DNA of 64,000 bases, from contig CASEYY010000021.1 in the NCBI GenBank assembly GCA_949292335.1, forward strand, positions 2,455-66,454, given 5' to 3'. Source of the stretch: an uncultured Pseudomonadota bacterium. Lineage in GTDB: Bacteria > Pseudomonadota > Alphaproteobacteria > RF32 > CAG-239. Made by a program: the position numbers and the translations under genes. Below, in pieces: positions 10,537-20,241 of this stretch. Numbering within the stretch: the first letter of the stretch is position 1; every line of letters starts with the position of its first letter. The notes beneath the pieces are model-generated. The model saw only the letters and a list, made by a program, of their open reading frames with translations. It was not told where the DNA came from and searched no databases.

Positions 10537-11495
10537 AAGACAACGTAAGCGTTGTTATATCGGCCTATAACGAAGGCGAGAGCATAAATGAGCTTCACAA
10601 AGAGCTAAATAAGGTAATGAAAGAATTACCGCTAAAAGAATACGAGCTTATATTTGTAGATGACGGCTCATCAGATGACACTTATGCCAAGTGCCAAAAG
10701 TTGCAAGCCAAAGATTCTCATGTCAAGATTGTCCACCTAAAGCGCAACTTCGGTCACGAGATAGCCATGACGGCAGGCATGGATTATGCCAAAGGTGATG
10801 CGGTAATTTTCATGGATGCTGATTTACAACATCCGCCGTTTTATATCAAAGATATGGTAAAATATTGGCAAGAAGGCTGTGAAATTGTTTTAACCAAGAG
10901 AGTGGAAAATCGGGCTACTTCAAAGTTTTATGATTTTTGTGCGGCCAGCTTTTACAAGATTTTGAACTTTTTATCCGATACCAAAATACCGGCCAAAACA
11001 CCTGATTTTCGCCTTATTGACCGTAGTTATATCGAAGTGTTGAAAAAGTTTAATGAACACGACCGTTTGTTTAGAGGGCTTTTATCTTGGGCTATGCCGA
11101 ATGACAAAGTAAAAGTTATAGATTTTGTAGCCCCCGAGAGATTTGCCGGCACCTCAAAATATAATTTTCGCAAATCTTTAGCTCTGGCCTTAAACAGTAT
11201 TGTGCAGTTTTCAACCAAGCCGTTGCGTTTGTCGATATATTTAGGGCTGATAACTGCCTTTATATCGGGCATTTTAGGATTATATGTCATAATTGAGCAC
11301 TTTATCCTAAGACATCCGACCCCAGGTTACGCTACTATCATGACCACGGTAATTTTTATCGGCTCGGTACAGTTGATAGTTTTGGGTATTATCGGTGAAT
11401 ATATCGGTAAAATTCATATGGAGGTTAAGAAACGTCCATTATATATAGCAGAATATAAGACAAAGGAAATAAAAAATGCCAAAAAAGATATTTAA
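10533..11495 (+). CDS. GT2 polyprenyl-phosphate glycosyltransferase (ArnC/GtrB-like)
   Basis: VSVVISAYNE...FVDDGSSDDT...MDADLQHPP plus two C-terminal TM helices. ATGA overlap with the upstream gene. Confidence 0.88.
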   Translation: MKDNVSVVISAYNEGESINELHKELNKVMKELPLKEYELIFVDDGSSDDTYAKCQKLQAKDSHVKIVHLKRNFGHEIAMTAGMDYAKGDAVIFMDADLQHPPFYIKDMVKYWQEGCEIVLTKRVENRATSKFYDFCAASFYKILNFLSDTKIPAKTPDFRLIDRSYIEVLKKFNEHDRLFRGLLSWAMPNDKVKVIDFVAPERFAGTSKYNFRKSLALALNSIVQFSTKPLRLSIYLGLITAFISGILGLYVIIEHFILRHPTPGYATIMTTVIFIGSVQLIVLGIIGEYIGKIHMEVKKRPLYIAEYKTKEIKNAKKDI

Positions 11496-12318
11496 TGCTG
11501 ATGATTTCGGAATTTCGCCGGGAGTTAATCAGGCTATTGAGTTGGCACATACCAAAGGAGTTTTGAATTCCACCAGCATAATGATAAATCTTAAATATAC
11601 CGATGAAGCAATAGAGATATCTAAAAAAATGCCGGATTTAGCCGTTGGTTTGCATGTTAATTTAACTAACGAATATCCCGTGTTATCTAAACATCGTATA
11701 CCTTTATTAGTTGGCAAGGATGGCAAATTTTGCCATGGCTTTGTCAATTTGTTGCTGTTATCAATAACCAATCCGGTAGAATTCAAAAGGCAAGTAAAGA
11801 TAGAGGTGCAAGCTCAAATTGAAAAAGCTTTGTCATCAGGAATAAAGATTAGTCATCTTGATTCTCACCGTCATGTTCACATGATACCAACGATATTTAA
11901 GGTTTTATTGGAGCTGCAAGAGGAATACAAGATACCACGGATAAGATTTGTAAACGAAAATCCTTATTACACCATTCGTCAAGCCAAGGATAGAGAGTGG
12001 TTAAAAGACGGCGGATTAATAAAAAATTTGGTATTAGGGACTTGTGCTATCACAAATAAGCTTTTGTGGAGATACAAAAGCAATGTATATTTTTACAGCA
12101 TGATACACACTTGCAAATTATCACGCGATAAGTTCAGTCAGGTTATGGTGCCAAAAGGATACGATACGGTAGAAATAGGGATACATCCCGGAAGTCCGAA
12201 AGTAGACCGCGAATACTTGCCCGATATTTTTGATAAAAATGTTTTGCAAGACTGGCGGAAAAAAGAGTTGGAAACACTGCTTGATAAGAGTGTTGCCGAC
12301 GAGTTTGTACAAAAATAA
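11476..12318 (+). CDS. YdjC/ChbG-family carbohydrate deacetylase
   Basis: FNADDFGISPGVNQAI...HLDSHRHVHM signature. Overlaps the upstream gene by 20 nt. Confidence 0.82.
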   Translation: MPKKIFNADDFGISPGVNQAIELAHTKGVLNSTSIMINLKYTDEAIEISKKMPDLAVGLHVNLTNEYPVLSKHRIPLLVGKDGKFCHGFVNLLLLSITNPVEFKRQVKIEVQAQIEKALSSGIKISHLDSHRHVHMIPTIFKVLLELQEEYKIPRIRFVNENPYYTIRQAKDREWLKDGGLIKNLVLGTCAITNKLLWRYKSNVYFYSMIHTCKLSRDKFSQVMVPKGYDTVEIGIHPGSPKVDREYLPDIFDKNVLQDWRKKELETLLDKSVADEFVQK

Positions 12319-12341
12319 CCATATCCATTAAGGAGAAAATC

Positions 12342-13259
12342 ATGAAAAGTATAAAATTAAATACCGGTGCCGAGATGCCGATTTTTGGACTTGGAACATT
12401 TTTGTCTTCTCCCGGAGAAGTATATCAGGCTGTTCGCTGGGCAATTAAACTGGGCTATAAACATATTGATTGTGCGGCGGCATACGGCAATCAAAGTGAG
12501 GTCGGTCAGGCATTGCATGATGCGTTTGCCGAAGGTGATATCAAAAGAGAAGAAATATTTATTACCTCGAAATTATGGAATGACAGTCATGCTGTTTCCG
12601 ATGTTATTCCGGCTTGTGAAAAAACATTACAAGAATTAGGCTTGGAATATTTGGATTTATATTTGATGCATTGGCCGGTTGCTCAAAGAAAAGGCAGCGG
12701 TATGCCCAAAAATGACGAAGATTGGATTTCTCTGGCAGATATTCCGTTATGGGAAACCTGGAGCGAAATGGAAAAGCTTTATAATGCAGGTAAGGTAAGG
12801 GCGATAGGTGTTTCCAATTTTAATGAAGAAAATTTGAGTAATCTGATAGCCAAGACTCAAGTAGTTCCGGCGGTTAATCAGGTAGAGTGCCATCCGTTTT
12901 TGAATCAGAATAATCTGATTGCATTTTGTCGCAAAGACAATATAGCGATTACGGCATACTCTCCGTTAGGGGCACAAAGAAGTGACGGCAGTGTATTGGA
13001 TAATGCGGTTGTCAAAGAGATAGCTTCCCGAAATAATGCAACACCGGCACAGATATTATTGGCCTGGCAGATGCAACGCGGAATAATAGTAATACCAAAA
13101 TCGGTTCACGAGAGCAGAATAAGGGAGAATGCCGTATCCCAGACCATAAGCTTGGACGAGGCAGATATGCAAAAGCTCGAAGGCTTGAATAAAAATTTAC
13201 GCTTTTTTGACGGTTCGGCCTTTGAAAATCCGTCAAAAGGATATAACAAGATATTTTAG
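12342..13259 (+). CDS. aldo/keto reductase (DkgA-like)
   Basis: MPIFGLGTF...GYKHIDCAAAYGNQ...LWN...HWP, the typical AKR catalytic tetrad context. AAGGAG RBS. Confidence 0.9.
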   Translation: MKSIKLNTGAEMPIFGLGTFLSSPGEVYQAVRWAIKLGYKHIDCAAAYGNQSEVGQALHDAFAEGDIKREEIFITSKLWNDSHAVSDVIPACEKTLQELGLEYLDLYLMHWPVAQRKGSGMPKNDEDWISLADIPLWETWSEMEKLYNAGKVRAIGVSNFNEENLSNLIAKTQVVPAVNQVECHPFLNQNNLIAFCRKDNIAITAYSPLGAQRSDGSVLDNAVVKEIASRNNATPAQILLAWQMQRGIIVIPKSVHESRIRENAVSQTISLDEADMQKLEGLNKNLRFFDGSAFENPSKGYNKIF

Positions 13260-13264
13260 CAAGT

Positions 13265-13299
13265 AAAAAATCCCGTCTTAGCTAAGACGGGATTTTTTT
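13265..13299 (+). terminator. rho-independent terminator after the AKR gene
   Basis: aaaaaatcccgtctta / taagacgggatttttt. Confidence 0.8.
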
Positions 13300-13435
13300 A
13301 CTTGCTTTTAATGAGATAATGTAATAAATCTCAAAACAGGCAGTTATTATACAACTGCTCAGGGCTTCTAAAACCCTTAATGAATCTGGTCGCAGGCTGC
13401 GACTTAAAAAAAGCCACAATCCATACCTCCACAGA

Positions 13436-13539
13436 GGGTGGATGTCGGCGAATAAGGTCTTGGCCAAATAAGCCGAGCCGTTGTTGATTCATTACGGTTT
13501 TCGAACATCCGCCCGCCTTTCTAAAGCGGGTTTTGTTTT
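13436..13539 (+). promoter_or_regulatory. candidate attenuator / leader (or 3' end of an sRNA) upstream of the OMP gene
   Basis: Hairpin cccgc/gcggg + ttttgtttt (13511..13539). Its 5' arm can alternatively pair with gggtggatgt (13436..13445). Confidence 0.3.
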
Positions 13540-13568
13540 AACCAATAACATTTTAAGGATGTTTGAAA

Positions 13569-14141
13569 ATGAAAAAGACTTTGTTATTTGCAAGCGTTGC
13601 CGCTTGTGTTTTTGCCTTCAATGCCAATGCTGTAGAATCAAATATCAAACCCTATGTTGGTTTGGATTATGTATATTCTATGAGCGATATAGAAAAAGTT
13701 GATGGTATCAAGGCTTTTGAAGAAGATTTAAATGCTTTGGCTGTTTCCGCTGGAGCCAAATTGCACCAAAATTTTGGTGTTGAAATGTTTTATCAAAAAT
13801 CAGAAGAAGGTGAAAAAAAGTTTGCCAATGGCAAAACCAATGATGAATATCAAGCCTATGGTATTGATTTGCTGGGTTATTTACCAGTTGCAGAAAAGGT
13901 TGAGTTGATAGGGGCTTTGGGTTTGGGCTACTATGATATAGATATCAAAGCCAAAGTAAATACACCGGCTATTTCTGTTGATGCGGATGATCAAGGAGCA
14001 GGATACAGACTTGGCATCGGCGCGCAATACAACTTCACCGAAAATTGGGGTGCCCGTGTTATGGCACGATATGTTGATATTGATATTGATGGTATTGACA
14101 ACATGGTTGATTTAACTGCAGGTGTAAGATATTCTTTCTAA
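13569..14141 (+). CDS. small outer-membrane beta-barrel protein (OmpA-membrane/Omp25-like), about 190 aa
   Basis: Signal peptide MKKTLLFASVAACVFAFNANA and C-terminal ...AGVRYSF. AAGGA RBS 9 nt before the ATG at 13569. The track ORF starts at a TTG at 13563. Confidence 0.78.
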   Translation: MKKTLLFASVAACVFAFNANAVESNIKPYVGLDYVYSMSDIEKVDGIKAFEEDLNALAVSAGAKLHQNFGVEMFYQKSEEGEKKFANGKTNDEYQAYGIDLLGYLPVAEKVELIGALGLGYYDIDIKAKVNTPAISVDADDQGAGYRLGIGAQYNFTENWGARVMARYVDIDIDGIDNMVDLTAGVRYSF

Positions 14142-14164
14142 AAGATATCAAAAACTCTCTGTAG

Positions 14165-14195
14165 GCCGAAGAGAAGAGTACTCTTCGGCTTTTTT
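14165..14195 (+). terminator. terminator hairpin shared by the convergent OMP and lpxK genes
   Basis: gccgaagag / ctcttcggc + tttttt. Confidence 0.7.
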
Positions 14196-15141
14196 ATTTG
14201 AGTAAAAATTGTTTGAGAGCTGCTTCATCTTGCCATTTGACTTCAATATCCAAGACTTTAAACTTAGATTTTAAGTCTGCCGGAATTTTAACCATGTCTT
14301 TTGCCGTAGTAAACAAATCGGCGTCGAGTGTTTGTGCTTTTTGAACAAGCTCATTAAGCTCATTTCTGGTATAGAAGTGATGATCCGGAAAATCAAAGGT
14401 GTTTATCAAGTTAATGCCGCAATCTTTCAGTGATTGATAAAATTTTTCCGGTCTACCGATTCCGGCAAAAGCAATCGCTTGAGACTTTGTAGTTTCCGGT
14501 TTTATCGGAACAACTTCGCCGTAAAATATCGGCAAATTTGCAAATTTTTCTTTGATGTTATGTTTATCTTCGCCCAGAATAATTACTGCATCGGCTCTTT
14601 TTATTCCCTGATTAAAAAACTCCCGCATCGGTCCTGCCGGAATGGGTAACATATTTCCCAAACCAACTCCGCCGTCAATAACCAAAAAAGATTTGTCTTT
14701 GAAGAGTGTGGGGTTTTGAAAACCATCATCCATAATTATGATATCGGCACCATTTTCGCAAGCAAGTTTGGCAGCCTCAAAACGATTTGAGTTAATCACT
14801 ACCGGAGCTCTGTGTGCCAGTAGTAGCGGCTCATCTCCAACTTCTTGCGGAGAATATAAATTCACATCGACCAAAACATTTTTAAGAGTTCCGCCGTAAC
14901 CTCGCGACACAAAAAAAGGATTTTTGCCGTTTTGTTTTAATATTTGTGCAATGCTGGTAGCCGTAGGGGTTTTACCGCTGCCGCCGGCGGTAAGGTTTCC
15001 GATACATATAACCGGCACATTTACTTTTTGCGGCTTGTGTAGTTTTATTCTGACCCAAGTAGCCAAAGCATAGAGGCAAGACGGCAAGAATAATAATGCC
15101 GCCGTCAAATTCATTTTTTGCCAATGTCTAGGAGTTTTCAT
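14194..15141 (-). CDS. lpxK: tetraacyldisaccharide 4'-kinase
   Basis: GNLTAGGSGKTP P-loop with an N-terminal membrane anchor. Confidence 0.9.
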   Translation of the reverse strand: MKTPRHWQKMNLTAALLFLPSCLYALATWVRIKLHKPQKVNVPVICIGNLTAGGSGKTPTATSIAQILKQNGKNPFFVSRGYGGTLKNVLVDVNLYSPQEVGDEPLLLAHRAPVVINSNRFEAAKLACENGADIIIMDDGFQNPTLFKDKSFLVIDGGVGLGNMLPIPAGPMREFFNQGIKRADAVIILGEDKHNIKEKFANLPIFYGEVVPIKPETTKSQAIAFAGIGRPEKFYQSLKDCGINLINTFDFPDHHFYTRNELNELVQKAQTLDADLFTTAKDMVKIPADLKSKFKVLDIEVKWQDEAALKQFLLK

Positions 15142-15142
15142 T

Positions 15143-16402
15143 TTAGAAATATACCTTGATTTTATCCATTATTCCGTCCAATACTTTGGTCTCGCTGATA
15201 GCCCAGTTATAAGCCAAAGAGCGTTTGGCTTCAAGCAAGTTTTCGTTTTCCAAAAGCTGGGTAACCATTTCTTGCAATTCAAGAGTATCGGTAACTTGCA
15301 TAACCGCATCGGCTTTCTTAGCTCTCGACATGGCATCGGTAAAGTTGTACATGTGAGGCCCGACGATTACGGCATCTCTGACACGCGAAGGTTCGATAAA
15401 GTTTTGCCCGCCATGAGGAATTAACGAGCCCCCGATAAACACGATATTGGCAATATCGTACCACAGCCCCATTTCACCTATGGTATCTGCGATATATATA
15501 TTGGTATCAGGTGTTATTTTTTCACCTTTTGAACGCAAGGCGGTATTAAGGTCAAGTTTTTGAATTTCGTTAGCAATATCTTCACCGCGATTTGGGTGCC
15601 TTGGTGCGATGATTGTCAACAAATCGGTAAATTTTTCCATCAATCTTTTGTGGACTTTGGCGATTCTAACCTCTTCATCTTCGTGAGTAGAGCTTGCCAG
15701 CCAAAACTTGCGTTCGCCGATTTGTTTTAAGATAGCTTTTTTAGCGTTTTCATCAATCGGCAAGGGAAGACCGGCATATTTTATGTTTCCCAAGCACAAA
15801 GTTTCTTTTGCTCCCAAAACTTTAAGACGATAAGCATCTTCTTCCGATTGTCCCAGGCAGAGATTAAAACATCCGAGCAATTCTTTGCACACGAAATCAA
15901 ACTGCTGCCATCTTTTAAAAGTTTTATTTGAGATTCTGCCGTTAATCAGAATGAGCGGAATATTTTTGCGTTTGATTGAAGAAAGCACGGCCGGCCAGAA
16001 TTCCGACTCAAACCACAAAGCCACATCGGGGTGCCAATATTTGACAAATCTGGTCGTAAAAATCGGGTTGTCTATAGGGATAAATTGATGAAAAGCCCTC
16101 TCAGGAAGTCTTTTTTGCATAACATCGGCCGAGGTCACGGTTCCGGTTGTAACCATAACATGAGAGTCCGGATAAGTTTCCAATATTTTATTAATCAAAG
16201 GGAGCATTGATATAGATTCGCCGACCGAGGCTCCGTGCAACCAAAATAGCTTACCCTCAGGACGCGGCATTTTGGGTCTGCCGATTCTTTCGTTAAATCT
16301 GGCAATATCTTCTTTTCCTTTTTGTTTGCGTTTTTCGACATATCTTTGAATAACCAGTGGGTATAAAATGGTTATAAGGGTATTATATATCTTAATGAAC
16401 AT
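15143..16402 (-). CDS. waaA: 3-deoxy-D-manno-octulosonic acid (Kdo) transferase
   Basis: WLHGASVGES motif and GT30-like length. 1-nt gap to lpxK. Confidence 0.9.
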   Translation of the reverse strand: MFIKIYNTLITILYPLVIQRYVEKRKQKGKEDIARFNERIGRPKMPRPEGKLFWLHGASVGESISMLPLINKILETYPDSHVMVTTGTVTSADVMQKRLPERAFHQFIPIDNPIFTTRFVKYWHPDVALWFESEFWPAVLSSIKRKNIPLILINGRISNKTFKRWQQFDFVCKELLGCFNLCLGQSEEDAYRLKVLGAKETLCLGNIKYAGLPLPIDENAKKAILKQIGERKFWLASSTHEDEEVRIAKVHKRLMEKFTDLLTIIAPRHPNRGEDIANEIQKLDLNTALRSKGEKITPDTNIYIADTIGEMGLWYDIANIVFIGGSLIPHGGQNFIEPSRVRDAVIVGPHMYNFTDAMSRAKKADAVMQVTDTLELQEMVTQLLENENLLEAKRSLAYNWAISETKVLDGIMDKIKVYF

Positions 16403-17145
16403 TAGTCGTTTCTCTTTTTAGTATCGTTAATATCGGCAGGTAAAATCGGTTCTCTGCCGGCAGCGGTATCACATTTAAAATATAGGTTGTTGGCAATATT
16501 TTCTAATTTTCGGCAATAAGCGGTTTCTTCCTCATCGGTTAATTCGGCTGGAACATAGAGGGGTTCGCTTAGGTAGAATTTTCCTTTACCGAAAGGAAGA
16601 GCCACCATGGTCTTATCCCAAGCTTTATTGATTACCAAAGCTTTACTGGAACTAAAACAGGCACAAATTATAGGCTTTCCGGTTTTTTGAGCATAATAAA
16701 CCGGAGATTTTTTCATCCTCATTCTAGGTCCTCTGGGGCCATCCGGAGAGATAAACAAGTCATAACCGTCTTGCAGGCAACGCATAAGCTCCAAGGCACT
16801 TTGACGAGGGTTTTCATTACTTGAACCGCACACCGGAGTGATATGGTAGTGCTTTAGGAAATTAGCTACCAACTGACCGTCATGGTGCGGCGAAACCAGA
16901 GCCGCCATTTTGCGATTAAAAAGTTTTTGCCAAAAGAACGGCATCATGGTGGCTCTGGCATGCCAAGCAATCCAGATTGCATTAGTGTCTGCAGTGGCGT
17001 TTTTTGCTTCATGCAAACCGAAAAATTCCCAAGAAGAGGTTTTTCCGACCAATTTTGAGTAAATAAACATCAAGAAAGACAGCATATTAATTCCGAACGC
17101 TGACTTTAAGAAATTTTTAGTAAGTTTTTTTAACATTAATTGCAT
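16402..17145 (-). CDS. DUF374 / lysophospholipid acyltransferase-like protein
   Basis: SPHHDGQLVA...ISPDGPRGP signature. Overlaps the waaA start by 1 nt. Confidence 0.8.
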   Translation of the reverse strand: MQLMLKKLTKNFLKSAFGINMLSFLMFIYSKLVGKTSSWEFFGLHEAKNATADTNAIWIAWHARATMMPFFWQKLFNRKMAALVSPHHDGQLVANFLKHYHITPVCGSSNENPRQSALELMRCLQDGYDLFISPDGPRGPRMRMKKSPVYYAQKTGKPIICACFSSSKALVINKAWDKTMVALPFGKGKFYLSEPLYVPAELTDEEETAYCRKLENIANNLYFKCDTAAGREPILPADINDTKKRND

Positions 17146-17151
17146 TTTTAT

Positions 17152-17400
17152 CTATGGTGTTGTGTCGGTAACGCTGATACCGATTGTTTCATCTTCGGTG
17201 ACCACCACTTCGCCATGACCGATGAGGACATCATTAACATAAATATCGACATTGTCGTCGACATTCCGATCCAGCTCTACCACGGCACCGCGTCCGAGAC
17301 GCAATAATTGGTATACTCTCAAATCTGCGGTTCCCAAGGTGATAGAAACATCGACATCAATATCGTCACTTGAGTAGGCAGGTCTGTTTTTCACCGCCAT
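17152..17400 (-). CDS. FliN/SpoA-domain protein, 82 aa
   Basis: ITLGTADLRVYQLLRLGRGAVVELDRNVDDNVDIYVNDVLIGHGEVVVTEDETIGISVTD matches the FliN C-terminal (SpoA) domain pattern. Confidence 0.75.
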   Translation of the reverse strand: MAVKNRPAYSSDDIDVDVSITLGTADLRVYQLLRLGRGAVVELDRNVDDNVDIYVNDVLIGHGEVVVTEDETIGISVTDTTP

Positions 17401-17561
17401 TTTTATTCTCCGTTATTATTTAGACTATTTATATACAGCATACAGGCAAAAAATATCAAGCAAAATCACAAAAAACAAATATTACACAGATTTTTTTTGT
17501 GGATTAAAACATTGCTTGATTGATGAAAAAGGGGAGCTGTGGCAAAAAAATATCATCAATA

Positions 17562-17590
17562 TTGCACAAATGCATAATGATTCCTATATT
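17562..17590 (+). promoter_or_regulatory. candidate promoter of lon (TTGCAC-17 nt-TATATT)
   Basis: Hexamers at 17562..17567 and 17585..17590, about 40 nt upstream of the ATG. Confidence 0.4.
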
Positions 17591-17628
17591 ATATATGGTA
17601 GCGATAAAATTTTGAGGTGCATTAGATA

Positions 17629-19956
17629 ATGTTTAATAAAAAAGATAAGTATCCGGTATTACCGTTAAGAGATATAGTTGTATATCCCAAGATGATAGTA
17701 CCGCTTTTTGTCGGCAGAAGGAAGTCAATCAACGCATTACAAGAGGTAACGGAAGGAGATCAGGAAATAGTTCTTGTGACCCAACGCGACCAAAGTGTTG
17801 AAGATCCGACGGCGGAAGATGTATTCACCGTAGGTACTTTAGGGCGGATATTACAACTATTGAAGCTTCCCGATGGTACGATAAAGGTTTTAATAGAGGG
17901 GGTAGAGCGGGTTCAGCTTGACAGAGTGGAGGCCGGTGATGATATGCTCAAAGCCAAGATTACTTTACTTCCGGATAAAGAAGAAAACAATCCGGAGATA
18001 GAGGGCATAATAAGGGCGGTATTGTCGCAGTTTGAAGAATATGTAAAGTTGTCCAAAAAGACCCCGCCAGAGGTTTTAACGGCGGTTAATCAGATTGAAG
18101 ATCCGACTAAATTGGCCGATACCATAGCATCGCATTTATCGCTCAAGATAGCCGACAAGCAAGTATTGTTGGAGGGTCATTCGCTGGCCGAAAGATATGA
18201 AAAATTGCTTGGGTTTATGGATGCCGAAATTACCATGTTAGAGGTTGAAAATCGGATTCGTACCCGCGTCCGCAAACAGATGGAAAAAAGCCAAAAAGAA
18301 TATTATTTGAACGAGCAAATGAAGGCGATTCAGAAGGAATTGGGCGACGAGGATGGCGAAGACGAAATTTCTGCATATATGAAAAAAATCGAAAAAGTTA
18401 AGTTATCTAAAGAAGCCAAAGAAAAAGCTCTGGCCGAGGTTAAAAAGCTAAGAACCATGGGCCCCAATTCGGCAGAGGCAACGGTTGTTCGCAACTATCT
18501 TGATTGGATATTGGATATTCCGTGGAAAAAGCGCTCAAATATAAATAAAGATTTGCAATACGCCATAGATGTGTTAGATGCCGACCACTATGGGTTAGAT
18601 AAGGTAAAAGAAAGAATTGTCGAATATTTAGCAGTCCAAGCTCGCTCAGACAAAGTCAGAGGTCCGATTCTTTGTTTGGTTGGCCCTCCGGGGGTTGGTA
18701 AAACCACGCTGGGCAAATCCATTGCCAGAGCTACCGGACGCAAATTTGTCAGGACTTCGTTGGGAGGTATGAGAGATGAGGCCGAGATAAGAGGACATCG
18801 TCGTACTTATATTGGGTCTATGCCTGGTAAGATAATCAAAGGTATGAAAAAAGCCGGAACCTCCAATCCTTTATTCTTATTAGACGAGATTGATAAGTTA
18901 GGCAATGACTACCGCGGCGATCCGTCATCGGCACTGTTGGAAGTATTGGATCCGGAACAGAATGCGGCATTTAACGATCATTATCTGGAAGTAGATTATG
19001 ATTTGTCTGATGTAATGTTTGTGACAACGGCCAATTCGCTTGATATGCCGCGTCCTTTGTTGGACCGAATGGAAATTATCCGTTTGTCAGGGTATACCGA
19101 AGATGAAAAGATAGAAATCGCCAAAAGACATTTACTGCCCAAAATTTTTAAGGAAAACGGACTAAAAGATAAAGAACTCAAGATAGAAGACGAGGCGATT
19201 CGAGATATCGTCAGATACTACACTCGCGAGGCCGGTGTCAGAAATCTTGAACGCGAATTATCGACCATAGCTCGAAAGTCAATCAAGGAGATTTTATTGG
19301 CCAAAGATGCCAAGAAGTTGCCGTTGAAAGTAAATGCCAAGAACCTGGAGCAATATCTTGGTGTAATAAAATATCGCTACGGCGAGGCCGAAGAAAAAGA
19401 TCAGGTTGGAGTTACGACCGGCTTGGCCTGGACGGAGGTAGGCGGAGATATATTGTTTATTGAGGCCGTGGATATGCCGGGTAAAGGCGTTGTCAAGCAA
19501 ACCGGAAAACTTGGTGATGTAATGAAGGAGTCGATAGATACGGCCTATTCGGTTGTTCGCTCACATTCCAAAGAATTGGGAATATCGCCGGAAATATTTG
19601 AAAAAACCGATATTCATGTCCATGTACCCGAGGGAGCCACACCCAAAGACGGGCCATCGGCAGGTATTGCCATGTATACGACTCTTGTATCGGTACTAAC
19701 CAAAATACCGGTAAGGAAAGATGTCGCCATGACCGGAGAGATAACACTTCAAGGACGAGTTTTACCGATAGGTGGCCTAAAAGAGAAGTTATTATCGGCA
19801 TTACGCGGCGGAATCAAAACGGTAATAATTCCCAAAGACAATGAAAAAGATTTGGCCGAAATTCCCGATAATGTCAAAACCGGATTGAAGATTATACCGG
19901 TTTCTGAAGTTAAAGAGGTATTGAAAGTAGCTTTAACCAAGAAAATCGGCAAGTAA
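17629..19956 (+). CDS. lon: ATP-dependent Lon protease
   Basis: [21 protein letters not shown]-domain, GPPGVGKTT Walker A, PKDGPSAG catalytic Ser. Confidence 0.97.
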   Translation: MFNKKDKYPVLPLRDIVVYPKMIVPLFVGRRKSINALQEVTEGDQEIVLVTQRDQSVEDPTAEDVFTVGTLGRILQLLKLPDGTIKVLIEGVERVQLDRVEAGDDMLKAKITLLPDKEENNPEIEGIIRAVLSQFEEYVKLSKKTPPEVLTAVNQIEDPTKLADTIASHLSLKIADKQVLLEGHSLAERYEKLLGFMDAEITMLEVENRIRTRVRKQMEKSQKEYYLNEQMKAIQKELGDEDGEDEISAYMKKIEKVKLSKEAKEKALAEVKKLRTMGPNSAEATVVRNYLDWILDIPWKKRSNINKDLQYAIDVLDADHYGLDKVKERIVEYLAVQARSDKVRGPILCLVGPPGVGKTTLGKSIARATGRKFVRTSLGGMRDEAEIRGHRRTYIGSMPGKIIKGMKKAGTSNPLFLLDEIDKLGNDYRGDPSSALLEVLDPEQNAAFNDHYLEVDYDLSDVMFVTTANSLDMPRPLLDRMEIIRLSGYTEDEKIEIAKRHLLPKIFKENGLKDKELKIEDEAIRDIVRYYTREAGVRNLERELSTIARKSIKEILLAKDAKKLPLKVNAKNLEQYLGVIKYRYGEAEEKDQVGVTTGLAWTEVGGDILFIEAVDMPGKGVVKQTGKLGDVMKESIDTAYSVVRSHSKELGISPEIFEKTDIHVHVPEGATPKDGPSAGIAMYTTLVSVLTKIPVRKDVAMTGEITLQGRVLPIGGLKEKLLSALRGGIKTVIIPKDNEKDLAEIPDNVKTGLKIIPVSEVKEVLKVALTKKIGK

Positions 19957-19975
19957 TTATTATCGCAGAATACCG

Positions 19976-20017
19976 ACACCTCCGAGTCTTTGCAGATTCG
20001 GAGGTGTTTCTTATTTT
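19976..20017 (+). terminator. rho-independent terminator after lon
   Basis: acacctccga / tcggaggtgt followed by tttcttatttt. Confidence 0.8.
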
Positions 20018-20144
20018 ATAAAGGTTTGCCTTGATTTTTCTTGTAAATATAGAAAAATAAAAAACAAATCGCGTTGATATGGTTAAATATCTGTGGATAA
20101 AGCTCAAAAAAGCTCAAAAATGTTGATAAATAAAGAATTTTCAT

Positions 20145-20173
20145 TTGACAGCAATATAAATAGGTGTTCAAAT
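20145..20173 (+). promoter_or_regulatory. candidate promoter of hup (TTGACA-17 nt-TCAAAT)
   Basis: Hexamers at 20145..20150 and 20168..20173. Confidence 0.4.
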
Positions 20174-20241
20174 TTTGCTGTGAGCGGGGCATAGTGCCTT
20201 GTATCATTTGTTTATAACTTATATTAGAGGGAGTCCTCACC

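Noticed and set aside
13357-13403. Resemblance to a TPP (THI-box) riboswitch: gctcaggg...aaccctta-atgaatctggtc versus the consensus CUGAGA...ACCC...GAACCUGAUCUGG.
   Set aside because: The invariant CUGAGA and CCUGAUC elements are not actually present. The downstream gene is an OMP, not a thiamine gene.
17562-17592. A heat-shock (sigma-32 / RpoH type) promoter for lon. CCTATAT at 17583..17589 resembles the C(C/T)TATNT -10 element.
   Set aside because: The upstream element is ATTG/TTGCAC rather than CTTG(AA) at the right spacing. The same bases fit an ordinary TTGCAC-17-TATATT promoter, and the two cannot be distinguished by eye.
20092-20100. A perfect DnaA box (tgtggataa) next to a tandem agctcaaaaa x2 repeat between lon and hup. 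A one-mismatch box (tgtggatta) lies at 17498..17506 upstream of lon.
   Set aside because: These are isolated single boxes. There is no cluster, no AT-rich 13-mer array and no dnaA/dnaN context. That is insufficient for an origin or a regulatory claim.
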